IMG/VR virus record: IMGVR_UViG_3300006115_000008
Span: 32,001 to 96,000 of that record
Reading direction: 5' to 3' (one strand)
Length of the DNA: 64,000 nucleotides
From: a virus
Taxonomy: Duplodnaviria > Caudoviricetes
A program made the translations under genes and the position numbers. Below are positions 55,901-64,000 of the stretch, in pieces. Under the pieces are notes generated by a model that worked only from the letters and a program-made list of their open reading frames with translations, was not told the origin of the DNA and did not search any database. Each line of letters begins with the position of its first letter. Position 1 is the stretch's first letter.

Positions 55901-56294
55901 TCCAGGAGTTGGTCTTGTAATTTGGGGACAAGAAACACGTAGTGGTGATTCAACATCACGTAACCGTGTTAACGTTGTTCGCTTAGAAAACTATCTAAGA
56001 AGAATATTGAATACAATTAGTAATGGATTCTTATTTGAACCAAATGACACTATTACAAGAAAGTCAATTGCAACTCAAATTGAAAGCGCACTAAACAATA
56101 TTGTAAGTCATCGAGGCATTTATGACTTCTTGGTTATTTGCGATACAAGCAATAACACTCCAAGCGTTATTGCAAACAATCAACTTTATGTTGACGTAGC
56201 AATTGAGCCAATGAAAGATGTTGAGTTTATTTACATACCGATTGCCTTGTATAATCCCGGAACAATCGCAGCACTAGGAGCGACTTCTACTTAA
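52923..56294 (+). CDS. gp18: Tail sheath protein with large insertion
   Basis: 'LVSPGIEISVND', C-terminal 'YPWFAPAGTHRG...INPI...WGQET...RVNVVRL...FEPND..TR...DFLVICD..NN'. Confidence 0.92.
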   Translation: MTMALVSPGIEISVNDQSQYVNSNVGSVPLVILATAQDKTYNGAPAIGTSAAYAGKLQSFTSQRDLVTALGAPMFQTSSSGTPVNAAETNEYGLLTAYSALGLGNQLYAIRANIDLDQLNGTSIRPTGDEADGTYWLNLAATEFGIYSLNSSTSSFTSIDSNLLLITDPGQVVNDSNYSYPVQTPISTIGNPGQYALVFANAVGSSTSITNAVRLFYKITTTSVSGNVAGALNNTWCQVGSTIWQNSVPAVQGTTTSPTITNSSTLQINGSNVTVSTGSLTNLVTAINNAAITGVSAAAINNQLTFFVTSAAASGAGTLSLVDGANTPLAASGIKTLAGAAVSTVYGSPSVFYCPYFFYGTFAQTPSGGWFSTDTQPRPSGSLWWKTTATGGGFNPVFSQYSAANGTWNQLAAPLYSNYGSAIYGLDPLGGGVNLQHGQIIATYNVSDYTSNMLRFAVQLPGVQSVGTGGIPTAFTIGNSFTLTATQLGTSATNSATITLSATTSAGFVSAIQAAAIPYVTAALNANGTISITHTTGGQINLVNVSGTPLTNAGFANNSVGSGFRSNNVTGAVVIGNFSQITSNIQYSKTTPYASPTNGTLWYYSNPADVDIMINNNGWKGYRTVTSDIRGYNLTNTDITGVIISPSAPTSQVSGASLVAGDLWLNSGDLVNYPNLSRYNGTAWVAINNQDHVSNNGIIFADARWDNGGGNDPVSAVIPVISDGVSQGLLFSSWIDQDAPDYRLYPRGTLLFNTRRSGFNVKKFVQNYFSPANFPNPGTTPGTSGSLPSVVNSWVSASGLDPYGVMYAGSDAQRALVVAAMKSALDSNTDVIESNYQFNLLCAPGYPELIPNLVALNDNRGDTGFIIGDTPITLQPTATELTNWSNNTGDWAGLGLATASPYLAVYYPAGQTTDLSGNTVVVPASHAALRTYLYNDNVAYPWFAPAGTHRGLVNNLSDIGYVNQATGAFIHNGINQGLRDALYEIDINPITQLPGVGLVIWGQETRSGDSTSRNRVNVVRLENYLRRILNTISNGFLFEPNDTITRKSIATQIESALNNIVSHRGIYDFLVICDTSNNTPSVIANNQLYVDVAIEPMKDVEFIYIPIALYNPGTIAALGATST

Positions 56295-56329
56295 TAGAAT
56301 CGCATAAATAAGAGTAATAGGAGAATAAT

Positions 56330-56944
56330 ATGGCAGTAGCATCGTTAAGTAAATTTACAGTACCGTTGGCAAACAATCAAAGTAGTGCCTCACAAGGTCT
56401 GTTAATGCCCAAGTTAAAGTATCGCTTTCGCGCTACTTTTGTTAATTTTGGCGTTACCAGCCCTACTACAGAGCTAACCAAGCAAGTGGTTGATATTAAG
56501 CGTCCAAACGTTAATTTCAACCCAATCACAATTGACGTTTACAATAGTAAAGTATATTTACAAGGTAAACCTGAGTGGCAAGAAACCACAGTTAACTTAC
56601 GTGATGACGCAACAGGGTCGGTAAGTAGACTAGTTGGCGAGCAAATTCAGAAGCAATTTGACTTCTTGGAGCAAGCAAGTGCTGCATCTGGAATTAACTA
56701 TAAGTTCCAATTAGTATATGATATACTAGATGGCGGAAACGGAGCTTCAATTCCAACAATTCTTGAACAATGGGAATTGGATGGATGCTTCTTAAGCCAA
56801 GTTGATTATGGTGAGATGGATTATAAGAGCAGTGATCCAGTTCAGATTGCTTGTACAATTAAGTTTGACAATGCTATCCAAACTATTGGTGGCGGAGTTG
56901 GTACAAGCGTAGTAACACAAACACCTGGCACCAGCATTAACTAA
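56330..56944 (+). CDS. gp19: Tail tube protein
   Basis: 'PKLKYRFR', 'GKPEWQETTVNLRDD', 'WELDGCF...YGEMDY'; follows the sheath gene; TAAATA at 56305. Confidence 0.85.
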   Translation: MAVASLSKFTVPLANNQSSASQGLLMPKLKYRFRATFVNFGVTSPTTELTKQVVDIKRPNVNFNPITIDVYNSKVYLQGKPEWQETTVNLRDDATGSVSRLVGEQIQKQFDFLEQASAASGINYKFQLVYDILDGGNGASIPTILEQWELDGCFLSQVDYGEMDYKSSDPVQIACTIKFDNAIQTIGGGVGTSVVTQTPGTSIN

Positions 56945-56962
56945 AAATTATCTTCTCCAACT

Positions 56963-56988
56963 AACCCGGAATAACCACCGGGTTTTTT
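56963..56988 (+). terminator. Rho-independent terminator
   Basis: AACCCGG-AATAACCA-CCGGGTT-TTTT. Confidence 0.75.
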
Positions 56989-57005
56989 ATTGACTAAATA
57001 TTAGT

Positions 57006-58805
57006 ATGCCAACAATGATCCGCCAAACACCTAATCCATTTACTGATTTACCAGGACCTGCATTGCAGTCACGGTATGATGGAACATCAACATCAACGCC
57101 ACCACCCAATGGATTTCAATTGCCGTTGGATAGTCAAGCACAAACACAAGCAACTACTCAAGTTCGACAAGTTCAAAATACACCACAAACAGTATTACGA
57201 GATTATCGACATGCTGCAAGAATTTTTGTTGATGGAAATTTCAGACTAAGTCCCAAATACAATTTTTTATTTTATGTAGAGTTTGACTTAAATCCATTAA
57301 TAACAAACATATCAAATACTACTACTCAAGAATTGGGAATGATTGTTAAGAGTGTTAACTTACCAAAATATACAATTGGATTCAAAGAACACAACGCATA
57401 CAATCGTAAAAATTACGTACAAAATAATATCAAGTATGATGCTGTAACTATTTCGTTTCATGACGACCAAAGCGATACTGTAAGAAGTTTTTGGTACGAC
57501 TATTATAGCTACTATTATCGAGATCCTGATTACGCAGATGCTACATATACAGCACCAACAAAATACAATAGCCGACAAACTTTCGATTGGGGGTATACTC
57601 CACGACCAGCAGTGGGCTATAACCAAAGTGCAGCAAATCAACCCTACCAGTATATACAAGCAATAAGAATTTATAGTTTGTATCAAAAAAACTTTAGTGA
57701 GTATGAATTAATCAATCCTATTATTACCAGCTTTAAACATGGTGACCATGTCAACGGCGAACAAGGATTAATGAGTCATGATATGACTGTACAGTTTGAA
57801 ACTGTAAAATACATGACAGGATATACTACAACTGGCACAGTTGGTGGCTACATAGATTTACATTATGATAACACACCAAGTCCTTTAACTGGAAGCGGTG
57901 GCACTCAATTAATTCCAGATGGAATGGGAGGTTTTAGTAATGCTCCGAGTACAATTACAGATTTAGCAAACAACGCTACAGATATTAACCCCAATTTACT
58001 ATCACAACAAACATTAGCGGCAGCCGCAGTACTACCAAGTGTTGCTTATGCAGAAGCATTTGGCGGAGCAGTTGTTGCAATGAGTGGTGCCGGCGGAACT
58101 AACAATGGCGGATTAAGTATGCCAGCTTTAGGTAGCTTAACGCAAGGATTGACTAGTGGAGCAGTACTAGGAGCACAGTTAGCGGCAGCAGGTGTTGGCA
58201 TTGCCGGAAGTGCTGCAACTTCGTTGGCCAATGGCGTAACTGGTGGCTTGGCAGCAGGTTTAGGCCCCAATGGTAAAAGTATATTGGCACTAGGTGCCGC
58301 TGCTATTGCCAACCCACAAGCAGTAATTAAAACTGCTGAGAACATGGTGGTAAGTGCTGCAACCAAAGCAGTAACTAGTGCTGCAAGTGCAGCCGTAAAT
58401 ACTTTTGTAAGCCAAACAATTACACCATACTTTAAAAGTATTGGACAAAGTATTAGTACCACTGTTAGTGGAGCTTGGGCTGACTTAACACGTCCGGCAT
58501 TGCCTCCGCCAACTATTGCTGCTGATGGTACGGTCTCGCAAGCCTTGCCTAACGGCAATCAAATTTCTACTATTCCCAACGCCGATGGAACCTTTACGCA
58601 GATTACAGAAGATAGCAATGGCAATATCTTATCGTCGGCACAGTTGCCGGCAGATGCAGTCAATCCAGGTATACCTCCAGTAGACAGTGGCTATGTTGAA
58701 TTAAGTAACCAATATCTTGATACCAATCTTGGCGCTTGGGCTGCTGACGTTCCACCAGTGGATACGACTATAGACATTTCAAACATTTCTGATTCATTAT
58801 CTTAA
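57006..58805 (+). CDS. Tail tube-like/baseplate protein (gp19/gp54-like domain plus Ala/Gly-rich tail)
   Basis: 'VKSVNLPKYTI...YNRK...YDAVTISFHDD...LINPIITSF'. Confidence 0.6.
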   Translation: MPTMIRQTPNPFTDLPGPALQSRYDGTSTSTPPPNGFQLPLDSQAQTQATTQVRQVQNTPQTVLRDYRHAARIFVDGNFRLSPKYNFLFYVEFDLNPLITNISNTTTQELGMIVKSVNLPKYTIGFKEHNAYNRKNYVQNNIKYDAVTISFHDDQSDTVRSFWYDYYSYYYRDPDYADATYTAPTKYNSRQTFDWGYTPRPAVGYNQSAANQPYQYIQAIRIYSLYQKNFSEYELINPIITSFKHGDHVNGEQGLMSHDMTVQFETVKYMTGYTTTGTVGGYIDLHYDNTPSPLTGSGGTQLIPDGMGGFSNAPSTITDLANNATDINPNLLSQQTLAAAAVLPSVAYAEAFGGAVVAMSGAGGTNNGGLSMPALGSLTQGLTSGAVLGAQLAAAGVGIAGSAATSLANGVTGGLAAGLGPNGKSILALGAAAIANPQAVIKTAENMVVSAATKAVTSAASAAVNTFVSQTITPYFKSIGQSISTTVSGAWADLTRPALPPPTIAADGTVSQALPNGNQISTIPNADGTFTQITEDSNGNILSSAQLPADAVNPGIPPVDSGYVELSNQYLDTNLGAWAADVPPVDTTIDISNISDSLS

Positions 58806-58811
58806 TATTAT

Positions 58812-59207
58812 ATGTCAAACATTCAAGCATCAACAGCAACAAACGTAACCGGTCCAGTAGCAAATCAAAGTGCACAAACTAATCCTGCACCACGGTACTT
58901 TAATAATTTTTATAGTGCACCATTTAATGTTAGCGGTAACACCAATGATGCAATAAATGCATTTTTTGAAGAGTATGCAGAAAATCCCGCAACCGCACAA
59001 ACTCTAGCTGCCTCGGTATTATATACAGCACAAGCACAGGGTATAAATCCATTGACAGTTTTAGCACAGTTTCAAGCTCTGCCCAAAGGAGAGTTAAGTA
59101 GTTATTTGGTTGCATTTTTAAATAGCAATCGAGTTCCTACCAGCGTATTAGGTATAAGAAAAACGCTACAAACTAGTCCTTACGTAACCAGAACTATATT
59201 ACTATGA
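58812..59207 (+). CDS. Hypothetical virion-associated protein
   Basis: 131 aa in the late operon. Confidence 0.55.
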   Translation: MSNIQASTATNVTGPVANQSAQTNPAPRYFNNFYSAPFNVSGNTNDAINAFFEEYAENPATAQTLAASVLYTAQAQGINPLTVLAQFQALPKGELSSYLVAFLNSNRVPTSVLGIRKTLQTSPYVTRTILL

Positions 59208-59638
59208 GCAAATACGCCAATGGGATGTTTCAATTAACAAACCCAAGCAAATATGTAGGTAAAAAAGATCCACATTATCGTAGTAGTTGGGAACATGCAG
59301 TGATGCGTATGTTGGACAACAATCCCTCGATCCTGCAATGGGCCAATGAATCAATACATATAAATTATCGCAATCCCTTTACTGGCAAGCAAACAATTTA
59401 TGTGCCTGACTTCTTTGTGATGTACACTGATGCAAATCAAGCAAAACACGCAGAACTTTGGGAAGTCAAACCCAAAAAAGAAACTACTCTAGAAAATGCT
59501 CGCAGTCCCAGAGACAAAGCAGCCGCAGTATTAAACATGGCCAAGTGGCAGGCCGCAAGAACTTGGTGTAGCGCACACAATCTTCAATTTAGAATATTGA
59601 CTGAAGAACAAATTTTCCACCAAGGTGTCTCCAAATAA
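59204..59638 (+). CDS. gp4: Head completion nuclease gp4-like (TnsA-type PD-(D/E)xK)
   Basis: 'YRSSWE', 'WANE', 'YVPDF', 'EVKP', 'NMAKWQAA', 'FRILTE'. Confidence 0.85.
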   Translation: MSKYANGMFQLTNPSKYVGKKDPHYRSSWEHAVMRMLDNNPSILQWANESIHINYRNPFTGKQTIYVPDFFVMYTDANQAKHAELWEVKPKKETTLENARSPRDKAAAVLNMAKWQAARTWCSAHNLQFRILTEEQIFHQGVSK

Positions 59639-59645
59639 ATAAGGT

Positions 59646-60149
59646 ATGACTAAAAAATTAGAAACTTTGCTGAACCTCCCTTCAAGTACCGAAGATGAAG
59701 TTACGGCTCAGGAAGCATTGGATTTTATCAAAGAAAACGAAAACATTCTTGCCGAAGTAGACAGTGCTATAAGCAAGATAGATATTGCACTTCCCACAGT
59801 GCGTGATTTGGACACTGCCGATCAAGAGCTTGATGCACTAGCAGATTTGGCCAGAGACAAAGCAATAGACTTAATGGATTTGGGCATGAATATTGACCCA
59901 CGTTTTGCTGGGGTTATAATGCAAACTGCCGGGGTTATGTTGGGGCATAGTATTACAGCAAAAACTGCTAAAATGGATAAGAAGTTAAGAATGATTAACT
60001 TACAATTGGCCAAAGCTAGACTTGATCATCAAATCAAGAAAGATGCCAAAAGCGGATCAGCTGATGCAGATGAGCCCATTGATGGCAAGGGCATTGTGCT
60101 AGATCGCAATGAACTATTAAAGCAAATCCTGAACAAGCAGAACAAATAA
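59646..60149 (+). CDS. Probable terminase small subunit (gp16-like)
   Basis: Helical 167 aa ending 'DRNELLKQI'; position after gp4. Confidence 0.5.
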   Translation: MTKKLETLLNLPSSTEDEVTAQEALDFIKENENILAEVDSAISKIDIALPTVRDLDTADQELDALADLARDKAIDLMDLGMNIDPRFAGVIMQTAGVMLGHSITAKTAKMDKKLRMINLQLAKARLDHQIKKDAKSGSADADEPIDGKGIVLDRNELLKQILNKQNK

Positions 60150-60182
60150 TATTAAACTCTACTAAATATACAATATAGGATC

Positions 60183-60818
60183 ATGACAATGAAACCATTC
60201 CAATCTTACGTCTTTGAATTGCAAAGACCACACGAATTCCGTATTAAGTTAGCCGGTGTCAATCCCAAAGGCGAAACTATGGACAAAATCAAAATGGCAT
60301 TAGAAACTTACCAATTGGAAAGTATCAGTGCAGTTAAAAGTTTGCCAATTCAAGAGCACAGAGAATTTCCACAATGGGGCGGTGCTTGTGAGTGCTGGAC
60401 ATTTGATATTAAAGTTGCATATCCTGCAACCAATATTGCTATTATGCAGACACTAAAAGAACGTGCACAATTAAATCCAAGTTGGATGCATGTACGCAAT
60501 TTACATGAAGCAGAATTTACTGAAGAAGCTGAATCAGTTGGACATGACCAAAAAGGTGCATTGCTTGATGATCCAGAATTAAAAGACGTTAAAGGTGCAC
60601 AAGAGTTAGTTGGCCCGGGACGTGTTGCAAGCCTAATTGCAGAACTAGAAAAACATACACGCAAATTTGAAACTGCTGGCAGTGATTCTAATGGTGACAA
60701 AGTGTTTGAAAAAGGCACTACTAAAGGCACAACAACAAACGATAAAAAAGTCCCACAAGGAAATACTAGTACTATGGGCACAACAAAAAATAAACTGCAA
60801 GGTAAAAGAGGACAATAA
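60183..60818 (+). CDS. Hypothetical late protein
   Basis: 211 aa; TAAATA at 60163. Confidence 0.6.
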   Translation: MTMKPFQSYVFELQRPHEFRIKLAGVNPKGETMDKIKMALETYQLESISAVKSLPIQEHREFPQWGGACECWTFDIKVAYPATNIAIMQTLKERAQLNPSWMHVRNLHEAEFTEEAESVGHDQKGALLDDPELKDVKGAQELVGPGRVASLIAELEKHTRKFETAGSDSNGDKVFEKGTTKGTTTNDKKVPQGNTSTMGTTKNKLQGKRGQ

Positions 60819-60820
60819 TA

Positions 60821-63154
60821 ATGAGCCAAAACCACCCACACGATAACATTTATAATATTTTAGGTAAGTTGAAAGCTCTTGAGCCAACCCCTGCAGAAAC
60901 TGTAAAAGCCAAAGCACAACAAATACGTGAAAGCGTAGATGCACAAGGCAGTATACTTAAAGGTTTACGTGAAGTAAGCGATGTTGAACAACGTTTATCA
61001 CAAATGTTTGCTGAAACTAAAAAAGTTTCTGAATCACAGGGTATGTCGGAAGGCGATGACAACTACTGGGAAGAGATTCAAGACATAATGCGAAAATACG
61101 GATTGAGCAAACAAGAAGCTCTTGAGTATTATTATTATGAAAGAGATGATGCCAAAGATTGGAAAGACATGGAACGCCAAGATGCCGAAGATAATCGAGA
61201 TGTAGCGGAATGCGCCATGTGTGAAGAAGGTACTTGTACTGAACACGGTGTAGCGGAAGGTCAAGCAGACCAAGTTAAAAATATTGTTAAGAAGAACGGT
61301 AAGCCCGTTGGCGAAATTGGCACGGATCCCGAAGCAAGTCCTGGAAATGGTAATTGGTATGTAAAACACTATGCGTCAGGGTATGATGTAGTAGGGTTTA
61401 ATAATGCAGAAGAAGCATTAGCAGAATTAAAGCATTGTATGGAGCAAGGTGTGGCGGAAGGCACAATCCACAAAGGCACATACGGCACAAGTTATGATCC
61501 CAGCGACGAAGAGAAAAAAGACAAGCCCAAGCATGTACCCCGCAAGGGCGAAGCAGGTGCACGTAGCAAAGCAGAAAGACAAGCCGCAGGAGATGTTGCT
61601 CCCGATCTAGACACCAGTCGTTTGGGACCAAACCCTTTCTCACAAAAAGTTGTTAAACAACCAGACGTCTGGAAAGGACCAGTAACAAAGATCTCGGGCG
61701 CACGCAGCGATGACACAACCAATGCCGACGACACTGGCGATACTCCCGAACAACGTGCCAATAAATTAAAAGCCAAATTTAAAAAGACCGGAAAAATTGG
61801 CGAAACCAATTTGAGTCTAAGTGAAAGTTTAGCACGAGTAGAGCGTAAAGTAATACTTGAAGCCAACTTAAAAGAATTAACAAAACAACATCACATGACT
61901 ATGGATGAGATGTTAGAGTGTTTACGTAACGATGCACAAGCCTATAAGACTCATGGTCACATGAGCTCCTTGTTACGTGACTGTATGGACATGCATACAC
62001 ACAACAAGAGTTATATGCCAGCATTAGCTGACGAAGGTACAGAAAAACCTGGTATGATGAGTCAAGTAGGTCAAGCAATTAAAACTGGTGCAAAACATGT
62101 AGCACATGGTATTAATAAAGTAGTAGGGCATCCATCAGATGACGAATTATTGGATCGATTACATCAAGACAGTGCAGATGGTCCAGACGCAATTGATCAA
62201 CACTTTCCACGAGCTCCTGGTCAGTTCAATGAAGAACTACAAAAACTAGCTGAACTAGCTGGATTGACATTGGAAACCAATGATGGCGATTTAGCCAATA
62301 ATTATCCTCCATACGATAAAGTAACACGAGGTGATGTTATTGCAGGACGTTTAGGACATGACCAAGAAGGCGGAAAAAAGGAATTTGATGAAGCCGATAT
62401 GGAAGAGGGAAACCTGTATGCTTACAATGTTTTAAAAGCCAAACAAGCTGGAAAAACAAAAGCCGACTTAGATGGTGACGGAACATTAGATACAGTTAAA
62501 GAAGACCCAATGGCCGATAGCAATGATGTAGTTTCTGTAAACGAACTACGTCGCTTGGCCGGAATGCCAGTTGATGAAACCGGAGGTGAGGACGACTGGA
62601 ATGATTCTTTAGACGGCGAGCGTGAAGATCCCAATGGTTGGGACGATGATTTGCAAGCCATAACAGATCAATATTGTGATTTGTATTATCAATCACACGA
62701 GGGGTACGGCAATGACAATGAAGATCCAGAACAATTTTTTGGCAAAATAGAATCACAACTACAAGCAATTGAGAATGATGTTGCTGAAAAATTTGGACCC
62801 GAAGCAGTGGCCAAAATGAAAAAAGCCGCAATGCATGAGTATTGGGGAAATGATCAAGATTTAGATGAAGCCGATGCTCCTGAAGCCGATGCTCCTGTAG
62901 TTGAGCCAAAAACACAACCAGTAAACAATGCTGAGCATAACAAGCATTATAGTATTAACACTATCGACAACGATGGCGAGGGCGACAGTGGACGCAAGCG
63001 CATGTATCCACCATCAGGCGGTGCTGCTCCGGGCGCAGACAACGGCATGACTGAACCTGCACGTAAAATGCCAATTAAAGATGGCGTTAAAGAAAGTGCA
63101 CTTGAATCACGTTTGGCTGCTGAATACGCAAGTATTAAAAAGACAACACGATAA
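60821..63154 (+). CDS. Large acidic, probably internal head protein with modular repeats
   Basis: 777 aa, Glu/Asp-rich; GVAEG repeats; 'LAGL/LAGM' motifs like the gp22 C-terminus. Confidence 0.6.
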   Translation: MSQNHPHDNIYNILGKLKALEPTPAETVKAKAQQIRESVDAQGSILKGLREVSDVEQRLSQMFAETKKVSESQGMSEGDDNYWEEIQDIMRKYGLSKQEALEYYYYERDDAKDWKDMERQDAEDNRDVAECAMCEEGTCTEHGVAEGQADQVKNIVKKNGKPVGEIGTDPEASPGNGNWYVKHYASGYDVVGFNNAEEALAELKHCMEQGVAEGTIHKGTYGTSYDPSDEEKKDKPKHVPRKGEAGARSKAERQAAGDVAPDLDTSRLGPNPFSQKVVKQPDVWKGPVTKISGARSDDTTNADDTGDTPEQRANKLKAKFKKTGKIGETNLSLSESLARVERKVILEANLKELTKQHHMTMDEMLECLRNDAQAYKTHGHMSSLLRDCMDMHTHNKSYMPALADEGTEKPGMMSQVGQAIKTGAKHVAHGINKVVGHPSDDELLDRLHQDSADGPDAIDQHFPRAPGQFNEELQKLAELAGLTLETNDGDLANNYPPYDKVTRGDVIAGRLGHDQEGGKKEFDEADMEEGNLYAYNVLKAKQAGKTKADLDGDGTLDTVKEDPMADSNDVVSVNELRRLAGMPVDETGGEDDWNDSLDGEREDPNGWDDDLQAITDQYCDLYYQSHEGYGNDNEDPEQFFGKIESQLQAIENDVAEKFGPEAVAKMKKAAMHEYWGNDQDLDEADAPEADAPVVEPKTQPVNNAEHNKHYSINTIDNDGEGDSGRKRMYPPSGGAAPGADNGMTEPARKMPIKDGVKESALESRLAAEYASIKKTTR
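61037..61462 (+). repeat. Dispersed 18-bp repeat (QGVAEG-like) x4
   Basis: CAGGGTATGTCGGAAGGC (61037), CGAGATGTAGCGGAATGC (61196), CACGGTGTAGCGGAAGGT (61244), CAAGGTGTGGCGGAAGGC (61445). Confidence 0.7.
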
Positions 63155-63159
63155 TATTA

Positions 63160-63984
63160 TTGTGCGGGGCAATCCCGTACAATAAATATTTGTCTGTGGA
63201 CAAATCTCAACTTTCTCCTGTAGAACAAATTGAATATTATTTGGGCAAAGACCGTTTGCCCAATCTCCATTGGCGTCCAGAACTTCCGCATATTAAAACT
63301 ATTCCACCAAGAACAGATGTACCTATTCCTTTTAGTAGAACATTTATGCTTGATGGCGTGAGCCATACAGTAAATAATCTTGGATACAGAGCCAATTATG
63401 ATTATAATTTTAAAGAGTTAAAAACAAAAAAAATTATTTTGTTACTTGGTGACAGTGATACTTTTGGACGTGGTGTTGAATTTAGTGATTTGTATTCTAC
63501 AAAAATGCAAAACAAAACCACATACCATGTGCTCAATATGGGAGTATCAGGTACTAGTAATGATGGTATGGCTAGAGTGGGAGTTAAAACGCTACTGGCA
63601 TTACAACAATCAATTGAGCATGTATGTGTGCTTTGGCCAGTTCAATCGTTAAGAGAATTTGTTAGTAAACAGTTTGAGTCCGGAGTGCACAATTTATCAA
63701 CTACTGTACCTTACCAAGATTGGTGGGAGCATATAGATTGGGTTAGTAATAATTATAACTATCAAAAGAATCGAATCTTACTAGAGCAAACAACGCTGAA
63801 TGTAGGAGCCAAGTTCCATGATCTTATTATTAATCGCTATGATAAAAACTCTACAGTAACATACAACAGTTTTCAAAACAATGAAATTACAGAACTAACC
63901 GCAGACTCACATACTGCAATAGCCGAATATTTTTTACGTAAAATCAATAACCAACCCAGTTTATATCAATCAATGCAGTCGTAG
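63160..63984 (+). CDS. SGNH-like protein (divergent)
   Basis: 'LGDSDTFGRG', 'NMGVSGTSND'; start codon uncertain (TTG). Confidence 0.6.
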   Translation: MCGAIPYNKYLSVDKSQLSPVEQIEYYLGKDRLPNLHWRPELPHIKTIPPRTDVPIPFSRTFMLDGVSHTVNNLGYRANYDYNFKELKTKKIILLLGDSDTFGRGVEFSDLYSTKMQNKTTYHVLNMGVSGTSNDGMARVGVKTLLALQQSIEHVCVLWPVQSLREFVSKQFESGVHNLSTTVPYQDWWEHIDWVSNNYNYQKNRILLEQTTLNVGAKFHDLIINRYDKNSTVTYNSFQNNEITELTADSHTAIAEYFLRKINNQPSLYQSMQS

Positions 63985-64000
63985 TTTATATTGGTAAAAC

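Noticed and set aside
1-64000. Stop-codon reassignment, as seen in some large phages
   Set aside because: Core genes are intact under code 11, and TAA, TAG and TGA all end genes at sensible positions.
59646-64000. Loss of the large terminase gene
   Set aside because: The window ends here; gp17 may simply lie outside it.
1-64000. tRNA genes, integrase/transposase, reverse transcriptase (DGR) or Cas genes
   Set aside because: No cloverleaf with T-loop consensus noticed in the intergenic gaps and no such protein motifs in the ORF set; checked by eye only.

Overview
This window is a 64 kb piece of a large, AT-rich T4-like myovirus genome (Caudoviricetes, likely a jumbo or environmental phage) using the standard genetic code. 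It holds much of the virion morphogenesis module: baseplate gp25, gp5, hub, gp53 and gp48/54-like genes; gp26-like and tape-measure genes; portal gp20, protease gp21, scaffold gp22 and major capsid gp23; a ~15 kb array of Thr/Asn/Gly-rich fibre or appendage genes; neck gp13/14/15, sheath gp18, tube gp19, gp4 and a small terminase-like gene. It also carries the late sigma factor gp55, the gp47/gp46 recombination nuclease, dNMP kinase, a Nudix hydrolase and a GIY-YIG protein. AT-richer accessory genes (five SGNH-like paralogues, glycosyltransferase-like genes, an SDR and a radical SAM enzyme) are inserted between core genes. A late-promoter motif (TA)TAAATA precedes most structural genes, and sigma70-type promoters precede several non-structural genes. 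The most notable unexplained features are: (1) a ~450 nt highly structured putative ncRNA at 14755-15202, directly behind a late-promoter motif; (2) a probable -1 programmed frameshift (T TTT TTC) fusing the gp26-like gene to an unannotated downstream frame; (3) 18-bp 'GVAEG' repeats, conserved at the nucleotide level, that delimit apparent cassettes inside an acidic head protein; and (4) leaderless late genes and promoter-in-hairpin switches. All product calls come from motif recognition and gene order, not database searches.
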